A DNA stretch of 64,000 nucleotides from IMG/VR virus record IMGVR_UViG_3300028584_000286, positions 5,320-69,319 of that record. One strand, 5' to 3'. A model generated the notes under the pieces. That model worked only from the letters and a program-made list of their open reading frames with translations. It ran no database searches and was not told the DNA's origin. Positions 19,792 through 27,473 of the stretch are shown piece after piece. Position 1 is the stretch's first letter. Each line of letters opens with the position of its first letter. The translations under genes were made by a program, and so were the position numbers. This DNA is from a virus.

Positions 19792-20547
19792 ATGCGTAAA
19801 TCATTAGTATTATTCTCTGGTGGTTTGGATAGTTTTTTATCATTATTGATAGCAATTAAAGATGGGGGAACTGTAACCCCCATTTTTTATAACTATGGAC
19901 AAAACCCCTACAAAGAGGAAAAAGAAGCGGTTTGGAAAATCTGCAAAAAATTAGGTCTTGCACCTATTGAAATAAACTTGACTGGGATAGGTCATCTTTT
20001 GAGTTCCTCATACACTACTGGAGAGAACGCATCAACGGATGAAAGCTACAATTCTTATGTACCAAATAGAAATTTATTATTCCTAACTTTAGCATCTAAT
20101 TTAGCACACATACAAAATTACAAATATATCTATACTGGGTTTTATTTCAAGAGTGGAAAGTCAGATGAGGCTATACGAGGTAATAAACTTGCTACATTGG
20201 TAGAAAATCAGTTAGAAAAAATTGATAAGGATAGGTACAATTATATACCACACCCAGACCAATCTAAAGAGTTTATAGAATTGGTTGGTAAAGTTCTTAA
20301 AATATCAGACACAGAAAATAGTCCAGAGATTATAAACCCTTTGGAGAATTTGGATAAGGTTGATATTTATGCAGAACTCGAAAAAATGGGGCAGATGGCA
20401 ATGGCTATTGTGGATACTTATTCGTGTTATGCAAAAGATAGCACAAAGCATATTTGGGGAAAAGGTTGTGGAGTTTGTACAAGTTGTGCAGGAAGGAAGA
20501 AAGCATTTGAGGTATTACGGAAAAATTATGGAAAGATTACAGATTGA
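19792..20547 (+). CDS. queC: 7-cyano-7-deazaguanine synthase
   Basis: SGGLDS PP-loop, YVPNRN, TYSCY...CGVCTSC Zn site. Confidence 0.92.
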   Translation: MRKSLVLFSGGLDSFLSLLIAIKDGGTVTPIFYNYGQNPYKEEKEAVWKICKKLGLAPIEINLTGIGHLLSSSYTTGENASTDESYNSYVPNRNLLFLTLASNLAHIQNYKYIYTGFYFKSGKSDEAIRGNKLATLVENQLEKIDKDRYNYIPHPDQSKEFIELVGKVLKISDTENSPEIINPLENLDKVDIYAELEKMGQMAMAIVDTYSCYAKDSTKHIWGKGCGVCTSCAGRKKAFEVLRKNYGKITD

Positions 20548-20947
20548 TATACATAAGTTAGATAAATTAGATGGTCATAATTCTTGCCCGTTAATTGTAG
20601 GTAAAATTGATATGTGTAGTGTCAGATTTTTAATTGATACTGGGGCAAGTTTAAGCTACCTTGATAAAAGTTTTGTTAAGAACCACCCCTTACTATCTAA
20701 TTTTGTTGAAGTTACAGATATTATGTGTATTACTAATATGGTTGGAGGCTTCACTAATTCTTGTGAAGTATTACATACTGAAAATTTGATTTTTAAGACA
20801 GGTAAGTATTTAGGTACATTCAATCTTATAGACCTCAATCAAGGCATTGAAAATAAGGATATTGTATATGATGGTATTCTCGGTTTAGATTTTATATTGT
20901 CTTATGGAGTTAAGTTGGATTTTAGTAGAAATACATTTACTATTTAA
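20528..20947 (+). CDS. retropepsin-like aspartic protease
   Basis: FLIDTGAS active site, DGILGLDF; start set at ATG 20528. Confidence 0.85.
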   Translation: MERLQIDIHKLDKLDGHNSCPLIVGKIDMCSVRFLIDTGASLSYLDKSFVKNHPLLSNFVEVTDIMCITNMVGGFTNSCEVLHTENLIFKTGKYLGTFNLIDLNQGIENKDIVYDGILGLDFILSYGVKLDFSRNTFTI

Positions 20948-20986
20948 TTTTATTGTTCACTATTTGTATATTAATTATATTAAATA

Positions 20987-21002
20987 TATATTTGTACTGC
21001 AA
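20987..21002 (+). promoter_or_regulatory. Bacteroidota-type -7 promoter box
   Basis: TATATTTGTACTGCAA upstream of the small Arg-rich gene. Confidence 0.65.
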
Positions 21003-21030
21003 TAGTGCAGAAAATTAAATATCAACTCTT

Positions 21031-21243
21031 ATGGCATCAGTTTCAAAAGAAGCAAAAGCATTGAATACTAAAGTTGGGGTAAAACGTTCAGGCGGAGTTA
21101 CTGTACAACGTAGTACAAGAAATGCACAAGGGCGATTGTTAGCACAACAAAGAGGTGCTACAACTTTCAGACAAAGACGTGAGGCGTTAGCAAACGTTAG
21201 GTCAACTGGAGGAGCTACTGGAGGACGAAGAAGAAGATTATAA
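21031..21243 (+). CDS. small Arg-rich basic protein
   Basis: 70 aa with 13 R, 4 K, 2 E; has its own promoter and terminator. Confidence 0.75.
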   Translation: MASVSKEAKALNTKVGVKRSGGVTVQRSTRNAQGRLLAQQRGATTFRQRREALANVRSTGGATGGRRRRL

Positions 21244-21273
21244 GATAATTTTCTTTTGACGTTAGTTAATTAT

Positions 21274-21300
21274 AAAAGACTGCCTTATGGTAGTCTTTTT
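21274..21300 (+). terminator. intrinsic terminator
   Basis: AAAAGACTGCC-ttat-GGTAGTCTTTT. Confidence 0.85.
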
Positions 21301-21348
21301 AATTTAATTAGTATTTTTGTATTAAAGTTTAATCAAATTAAGTAAAAT

Positions 21349-22884
21349 ATGCCGTATCAAAAACCACCCATTACAAAGCTGAATGATAGATTTATTGGGT
21401 ATTGTGCTGTAACACCTAACAGAAAATTTATGAAATTATTCGAGAGAGCAGATGTTAAGAACATTCTAATCTCTTTTCACTACATCAGAAAGGATAAGGA
21501 GTTTACGCAGGATATTCTACAAATGGTTCAAGAGAGAGGTGGACTATTTATGACTGATAGTGGTGCGTTCTCGTTTTTAAATGATAAAAGTTTTGACCTA
21601 AAAAACTTTGACTGGATTAGATATTTGGAGGAATATGTTGGGTGGATTGACGACAACACCAAGCACGTTTTTTCTGCCTGTAATTTGGATGTTGATTATT
21701 ATGTTGGACACGATGAGGTTGTGAAATGGAATAAAAAGTTTTTTGAACCTTTAGGAGATAGAACAAATATTATTTATGTTGCACATCAGAACGCCAAAGG
21801 AATGGGCGACTTGGATGCCTTGAAGGAGTATTGTAAGGAGTATGATTATGTTGCTGTAAATGAGCAAATGACAAAGTATGCTTCGGCTATCTATCAAGAG
21901 GCTAAAATAACTAAAACTGCAATTCACGGATTGGCGTGGACGAAACCAACAATACTTACTGATTTCCCATTTTTCTCTGTTGATAGTTCCTCTTGGGTAA
22001 ACTACCAAAAATATGGGGCTACACCTGTTTGGGATGGCAAAAACTTTTCTCAATATGATAAGGACAACAAAGACATTAGAAAAACTTTGCGAAAACAATG
22101 TTCTAATTATGGAGTTAAGGAATATGAATTTGTTCACGAAAAAAATGAAGCAGATGGTACACACAATGACGATGAGGGATTGACATTCTCACTTCGGACT
22201 TGGTTGGATGTATTTCATAGTATTAAAAGATTTGCAAAAACAAAATTAACCATAGACATAAAAAAGATGTTAGAGGGAAAGGAAACACAATTCGTAGAAG
22301 ATGCCTCTGGTGATCCAGACACACCTAGAAAAAGTAGGTTGGCTAGTATAATTGATGATAATGATGATATTATCTTTACTCCGGTAGCAAAGACTACATT
22401 CGCAGTAGGGGATGATGGAACAGAAGTTGCTATTTATGAGAAGAGGGATAGCAAGATTGCCATAAATGAATTTACTGCAAAGGTTGGTGATGCTATGGTA
22501 TGCACTTATTGTCATATTCAAGATAAATGCCCAAAGTATAAAGAGGATAGCACTTGTGCCTTTGACTTTGCCCCTGCAAGTTTTACGGAAAGTCCTTTGG
22601 TTGTTATTGACTTACTAATAAAAACGCAAACCGAGAGAGTGAACCGAGCAATGTTTTTTGAAAAAATGGAGGGTGGAATGCCTAACAAGGTGTTTACACA
22701 GGAATTGAAAGCATTAGAGGGATTGAATAACACTAAAACGAATATGCTACTTATGATGCAGTCGAGAGGGTTGAGAATTACACAGACTACTGTTGAGGTT
22801 GGTTTCGATGGTGGAGCAGAAAAACCCCAAGAGAAAAAACCTGGTTTTGCCGATATGCTTACATCCCTAATGGGAAAGAAATAA
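21349..22884 (+). CDS. dpdA: DpdA-like (TGT-fold) 7-deazaguanine DNA transglycosylase with C-terminal Cys4/helical domain
   Basis: DSGAFS, NLDV, IHGL, SVDSSSW motifs of phage TGT-like enzymes; folE/queC/queD/queE in the same genome. Confidence 0.8.
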   Translation: MPYQKPPITKLNDRFIGYCAVTPNRKFMKLFERADVKNILISFHYIRKDKEFTQDILQMVQERGGLFMTDSGAFSFLNDKSFDLKNFDWIRYLEEYVGWIDDNTKHVFSACNLDVDYYVGHDEVVKWNKKFFEPLGDRTNIIYVAHQNAKGMGDLDALKEYCKEYDYVAVNEQMTKYASAIYQEAKITKTAIHGLAWTKPTILTDFPFFSVDSSSWVNYQKYGATPVWDGKNFSQYDKDNKDIRKTLRKQCSNYGVKEYEFVHEKNEADGTHNDDEGLTFSLRTWLDVFHSIKRFAKTKLTIDIKKMLEGKETQFVEDASGDPDTPRKSRLASIIDDNDDIIFTPVAKTTFAVGDDGTEVAIYEKRDSKIAINEFTAKVGDAMVCTYCHIQDKCPKYKEDSTCAFDFAPASFTESPLVVIDLLIKTQTERVNRAMFFEKMEGGMPNKVFTQELKALEGLNNTKTNMLLMMQSRGLRITQTTVEVGFDGGAEKPQEKKPGFADMLTSLMGKK

Positions 22885-22916
22885 TTTAGAGTGTATTGAT
22901 TTTAAAAACAATTCAT

Positions 22917-22935
22917 TAAATTTGATTAAAATTAA
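22917..22935 (+). promoter_or_regulatory. TAAATTTGATTAAAATTAA promoter/operator motif
   Basis: Identical 19-mer at 22917, 30536 and 42462, each just upstream of an ATG; contains TAnnTTTG. Confidence 0.7.
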
Positions 22936-22944
22936 TTAGAACCT

Positions 22945-23571
22945 ATGGAAGCAGAAAATATGTTTAAGGATTTTAAAGGATTAGATAATGGGTACTTTGT
23001 TTCAATAATAGTAAATACAAAAGGAAAAGGAGTACCGATTTACGTTCTATCCTACATAGCCTCTCAAATAAAGGAGAGTAATAAAATCTTTGATATTCCA
23101 GTTATTTATGACTTGACAGGAAACCTTAAAGGTTTTATAGCTGAAAATCCCTCAATAAAAAATACCGATACTCTTATACAATTGGTATGTAAGGTAAACA
23201 TAGAAATATCTGAAAAAAGTTTCTCCGAATATATGGAAAGAATGGTTGTGGACACGTTAGCACCATTCTTTATAGGTTGTGGTTTTGAGATTATCTCTTG
23301 GTACTATTTATTTAATATGCCACAGGATATGAAAGATGTTAGATATTTAGAAGGAACTCGTTCCATTATATTTAAAGAGAAAAAAATTACCAATGCTATG
23401 AGGTTGATTTTTAATGAACTTTTTGAGATGAATGAATTTGAGATTGACAAAGCAAGAGGTTATTTTGATATGATAGGTCAGTTTAGGGTTGGGAATTGTA
23501 TTAAAGAGGAGCAGGTTGAAAAACTTGAAAACTTTTTGCATAAAATAGACATTAACTTTGAAATAGAATAG
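22945..23571 (+). CDS. hypothetical protein
   Basis: 208 aa. Confidence 0.75.
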   Translation: MEAENMFKDFKGLDNGYFVSIIVNTKGKGVPIYVLSYIASQIKESNKIFDIPVIYDLTGNLKGFIAENPSIKNTDTLIQLVCKVNIEISEKSFSEYMERMVVDTLAPFFIGCGFEIISWYYLFNMPQDMKDVRYLEGTRSIIFKEKKITNAMRLIFNELFEMNEFEIDKARGYFDMIGQFRVGNCIKEEQVEKLENFLHKIDINFEIE

Positions 23572-23573
23572 GT

Positions 23574-23930
23574 ATGCACATAATCAGTAAGGAGTTTCAT
23601 TTCTCCGCTTCACACGTTTTAAATGGTCTTTGCTCTGGGCATCCTTGCGGAAGAGTACACGGACATAACTACATCTTAAAAGTATTTTTGAAAGGAGAGC
23701 CTAATGAGGTTGGATTTGTTCAAGACTACAATGATTTATCACCCATAAAAAAATATGTAGATGATACTTTAGACCACAGGCACTTGAATGATATTTTTGA
23801 GTTTAATCCTTCGGTGGAAAATATTAGCCAACATATTTATCATTTGTTCAAACCTAAATTTCCAAAACTTCACGCTGTTGTTATGCAAGAAACACCTAAA
23901 ACAAGTTGTTACTATGAACCAACCTACTAA
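23574..23930 (+). CDS. queD: 6-carboxytetrahydropterin synthase
   Basis: FSASH, CGRVHGHNY, LDHRHLN, NPSVENI, ETPKT. Confidence 0.95.
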   Translation: MHIISKEFHFSASHVLNGLCSGHPCGRVHGHNYILKVFLKGEPNEVGFVQDYNDLSPIKKYVDDTLDHRHLNDIFEFNPSVENISQHIYHLFKPKFPKLHAVVMQETPKTSCYYEPTY

Positions 23931-24078
23931 ACAAATGGTTGAAGTTTATGACATTCCACACAAGGTCATTGTTGGTGTAGATGTTTTAAATTTCCCAGTA
24001 TATCACACTCTCTATTTACCACGTTTGGTGGAAGTAGAAGTTCCTGCAAATAAACACATAACCAGAAAAAAGAAGTAG
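23914..24078 (+). CDS. small hypothetical protein
   Basis: 54 aa from ATG 23914; fills the gap between neighbours. Confidence 0.5.
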   Translation: MNQPTKQMVEVYDIPHKVIVGVDVLNFPVYHTLYLPRLVEVEVPANKHITRKKK

Positions 24079-24079
24079 T

Positions 24080-24544
24080 ATGGGATTAGAAGTATTATTT
24101 GATAAATTAGTTGGTGCCACAATGTACCATAAAGAAGAAGAGCAAATAAGAGCCAAAGATTATAAGGTTATAATGGCTGACTTCAAGGACATAAAATCTT
24201 TTTGGGGTAAGGCACTTTTTATTGTTTACCTGCGAACCTACAAAGACAAAAGCACAAAAGCAATAGGAAATAAAATATTGCGTGATCTAAAAGTAAAAGA
24301 GCCAGAAGTATTCAAAAGACATATAGAGCCTTTTGTTAAGGATTTGAATAGAAGAACATTTACTAACCCAGTAGGAATTATGGATAACCTGATAGATAAA
24401 ATGGTAGAATATGGAGAAACCGAATTTGTTTCTTTATGCCGAGTAATTTATCAAGCAGGAAATAATGAATGGGTTACAGAAAGCAAGAAAGTTAAGCTAC
24501 CTATGAGTAGTATTTTATTAATTACAAAACCCTATTACAAATGA
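24080..24544 (+). CDS. hypothetical protein
   Basis: 154 aa. Confidence 0.7.
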   Translation: MGLEVLFDKLVGATMYHKEEEQIRAKDYKVIMADFKDIKSFWGKALFIVYLRTYKDKSTKAIGNKILRDLKVKEPEVFKRHIEPFVKDLNRRTFTNPVGIMDNLIDKMVEYGETEFVSLCRVIYQAGNNEWVTESKKVKLPMSSILLITKPYYK

Positions 24545-25257
24545 AACAACAAATTAATCTTCACGAAGTGAACTACAAGAGGTTAGGTATTATTGTCCTA
24601 ACACTGTTAGTTATTTATTTACTTACAAAGAACTGCAATCAAGGTAGTGAACTACAACGATATGCAGACAATGAAAAAATTTTTCAAGACAGTATCAAAA
24701 ATTACAAACTATCTAACGGTAATTTAGCTTATTCGGTTGGGCAATTACAGTACACTAAAAAGGAACTTGAAAATAATGTTCTTGCAAAAGACAAGCAACT
24801 GAAGGAGATGAGTAAAAAGTTTTCGAAGGTTACTGGAGTATCAACAATGACCATAAAAACTAACATACCAAAGGTTAGCGTTGCACACAACCCACTACCA
24901 CCAGAGGCTACAAATAATTTAAAAGATAGTACATCTATTGTGGAAACTCCTTGTAAATTTACAGAACGAAATGGGGCATATTTCGGAAAATGGTTTGAGT
25001 TTGGGTATAATGTAAAAAAAGATAGCTTGGAGATAGAACCGTTTGCCACTTGGACTGATATAAAGCAGGTTAATGGAATGAAGAAGAAATGGATTTTTGG
25101 TAAAGCAACCCCTACCACCGACTATTCATTTACAAACCCATTTATTGTGGCAAGTGAAGTGAAAGTTATTGTAATCCCATATAGAGTTCCTATTTATGAT
25201 ACTCGGCTATTTAACATAGGACTGGGTGTAGGTTTAGGCTATTTACTATTTAAGTAA
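24541..25257 (+). CDS. spanin-like membrane protein
   Basis: N-terminal TM, coiled coil, C-terminal hydrophobic GLGVGLGYLLFK. Confidence 0.55.
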   Translation: MKQQINLHEVNYKRLGIIVLTLLVIYLLTKNCNQGSELQRYADNEKIFQDSIKNYKLSNGNLAYSVGQLQYTKKELENNVLAKDKQLKEMSKKFSKVTGVSTMTIKTNIPKVSVAHNPLPPEATNNLKDSTSIVETPCKFTERNGAYFGKWFEFGYNVKKDSLEIEPFATWTDIKQVNGMKKKWIFGKATPTTDYSFTNPFIVASEVKVIVIPYRVPIYDTRLFNIGLGVGLGYLLFK

Positions 25258-25275
25258 CAAATTAATTTATATAAA

Positions 25276-25512
25276 ATGGCAAAATTTTTAGTAACATTTA
25301 AAGTAGAAGTTTTATCATCTCTTTTGGTTGAAGCAGATGATGAAGAAAGTGCAAAAGAAACTGCATTTGAGTTGCACACAATAGAAGAGGGTACAAACAG
25401 CATTTTTGTAAATTCCTCCGATGATAAAAAAAGGAGAATAACCTATACTGGTGAAATTCTGGGCTATGACGAGGACACTATGGTTGAAGAGGTTTCAGAT
25501 GATTACGATTAG
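25276..25512 (+). CDS. hypothetical acidic protein
   Basis: 78 aa. Confidence 0.65.
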   Translation: MAKFLVTFKVEVLSSLLVEADDEESAKETAFELHTIEEGTNSIFVNSSDDKKRRITYTGEILGYDEDTMVEEVSDDYD

Positions 25513-25514
25513 AG

Positions 25515-25871
25515 ATGGCAAAAAAGAAAATTAAAGAAGAGGTGGCACCAGAAGTTGAAGTGCAGAAAAAAGAGATTAGATACTTGAATAAAGCATCTAT
25601 TAGTGGGGTAAATAAAATGTTTAAGTGCGAGGTAAATACTGGGATTGTTTCAAAAATAATTCCGCAAAAGCAATATTTCAAACATAAAACCACTGGTGTT
25701 ATTACAGCCGAGTTTTTTATTGAGATAGAGCCTAGTGAGTTTTATGTTAGTGCTAGAAATGTTGAGGAAGCTAGAGGAAAGTTTAATCAAATCTTTTTTG
25801 AAATTGAGCAAAAAATAGCAGAGCAAGGAGAAGAAGAGATGTTGGCTACACAGGAGCAAGTAATTGAGTAA
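25515..25871 (+). CDS. hypothetical protein
   Basis: 118 aa. Confidence 0.65.
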   Translation: MAKKKIKEEVAPEVEVQKKEIRYLNKASISGVNKMFKCEVNTGIVSKIIPQKQYFKHKTTGVITAEFFIEIEPSEFYVSARNVEEARGKFNQIFFEIEQKIAEQGEEEMLATQEQVIE

Positions 25872-25890
25872 TTTTTAATTTTTTATTTAT

Positions 25891-26154
25891 ATGACTAAAT
25901 CAGATGTTGTCAATTTTGTAGCAGAAAGCACAGGATTGAAAAAAGGAGAAGCGGAGAAAGCGGTAAATGCCACATTAGAGGCTATTAAGTCTGGTACTGC
26001 AAAGGATGGTAAGGTTACATTAGTAGGTTTTGGTAACTTTACTAAAGTAACCACTAAAGAGAGGGAGGGAAGAAACCCCTCTACTGGTGAGAAAATTATA
26101 ATTAAGTCAAAAGACAAACCCAAATTTTCTGCATCAAAAGAGTTTTTAAGTTAA
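25891..26154 (+). CDS. hup: HU family DNA-binding protein
   Basis: VTLVGFGNF, REGRNPSTGE, PKFSASK. Confidence 0.95.
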   Translation: MTKSDVVNFVAESTGLKKGEAEKAVNATLEAIKSGTAKDGKVTLVGFGNFTKVTTKEREGRNPSTGEKIIIKSKDKPKFSASKEFLS

Positions 26155-26205
26155 ATTTAATTACATTTGTACTTAAATATTTGTTTAATTTAAAATCTAT
26201 TAACT

Positions 26206-26430
26206 ATGGCATTAGTTTGGAAAACAGAGAGTGGGAAAGAGGTAGGTACTATTGATGGTGCTACCAACCCTGCATTTATTTTAGATGGTCAGAATTTAGA
26301 AGTTCGTATTACTGGTGCGGAGCAACTCTCTGGAGAGAGAAGTGGCACAACAGCAGAAATCAAGGCTTATTGTTCAGACCTCTTAACCGAGCATAGCATT
26401 CCTTTAGAGGGAACCGTAACACAAGGATAG
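26206..26430 (+). CDS. small hypothetical protein
   Basis: 74 aa followed by a terminator. Confidence 0.7.
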   Translation: MALVWKTESGKEVGTIDGATNPAFILDGQNLEVRITGAEQLSGERSGTTAEIKAYCSDLLTEHSIPLEGTVTQG

Positions 26431-26458
26431 TAAGTAATTCTATTCAATTAGTAAAATT

Positions 26459-26485
26459 AGAGATAGCTTTGGCTATCTCTTTTTT
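26459..26485 (+). terminator. intrinsic terminator
   Basis: AGAGATAGC-tttg-GCTATCTCT-TTTTT. Confidence 0.9.
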
Positions 26486-26544
26486 GATTTTAAAGAGTTA
26501 TTTATTGCTAACTATAATTACTATTTTTATTCAAAATATAAGAT

Positions 26545-27471
26545 ATGCCAAAAAGAGAAGAACCAAAGGAAACAGATATAATTAGCAAGTTTGATGCTAT
26601 TGATGTAAAACCTGCTTTAAAAATTCCTCCAGAAGATTTAGCGTTTTGTGAAAATTTACAATCCCAAATGGTAGAAACATTACTATCCATAGATACTTGG
26701 GTTACGGAGTTAGGGGAACTTGCAAAAAAATACCCCTCTCCAGACTTCCTAGAAATTGGTAGGAGGTATAATGGGGAGAAAACTATTCACAAAGACTGGC
26801 AAAAAAGTAAAGAGATAGTAGCAAAAAACATATTTGGTACTATGAGATTTTGTGTAGAGTATGACCTATTATTTTTAGATGGGTTAAGAAAAAAAGCGGA
26901 GGATGCGTTGTTCCACGAAATCATAGACTACTTCAATACTAAATACAATTTGAGATTGAGTGGTGTTGGAGAATTTTTCAGAAACCCAAAACAAATAGAT
27001 GAATATATTAAAAAGGTTCATTTTGTTGAAGTGGTTAATTGGGTTCTTGATGAATGTGGTGGTTTGGACTTCGCCAATATAGGTCTTGAAAATCTTAAAG
27101 ATGAATTTCGCAGAGAGATTGGTTCTGCAAGTAATGTTGAGGTTACTTCTAAAAAAATTACACTTACCAAATTTTTATACTTGGAGAAAAGTTATAGAGG
27201 CGATTACTCTTGGGGCTATCGAGGTATAGAGGTTTTGGAGAAAGTCAGAAAAGCATTGACCCTATATGAGAGTGGAGAACTTGGCGACCAAATATGGGAT
27301 TTAAGACCAAATTCAAGTGATGAACCTATGTTTGATAAACCCTATGAATTAGAAAGCACCACTAAAGCGAAAAGTTTAAAAGTTTTTAAGAATGGCAAGT
27401 TAGAGATACGTTTTAATGAGGTAGGACAGGAAAAAGAATTTTTTGAATTATTTGAGTTGTTTAAATTATAA
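26545..27471 (+). CDS. hypothetical protein, partner of the MTase-helicase (MPxR start)
   Basis: 308 aa; C-terminal KSLKVFKNGKLEIRF resembles DUF4942-type partners of N6-MTases. Confidence 0.65.
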   Translation: MPKREEPKETDIISKFDAIDVKPALKIPPEDLAFCENLQSQMVETLLSIDTWVTELGELAKKYPSPDFLEIGRRYNGEKTIHKDWQKSKEIVAKNIFGTMRFCVEYDLLFLDGLRKKAEDALFHEIIDYFNTKYNLRLSGVGEFFRNPKQIDEYIKKVHFVEVVNWVLDECGGLDFANIGLENLKDEFRREIGSASNVEVTSKKITLTKFLYLEKSYRGDYSWGYRGIEVLEKVRKALTLYESGELGDQIWDLRPNSSDEPMFDKPYELESTTKAKSLKVFKNGKLEIRFNEVGQEKEFFELFELFKL

Positions 27472-27473
27472 TT

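Noticed and set aside
21349-22884. tRNA-guanine transglycosylase acting on tRNA
   Set aside because: Motifs fit phage DpdA-type proteins better, no tRNA genes were seen, and the C-terminal Cys cluster differs from the bacterial TGT Zn site. Not fully excluded.
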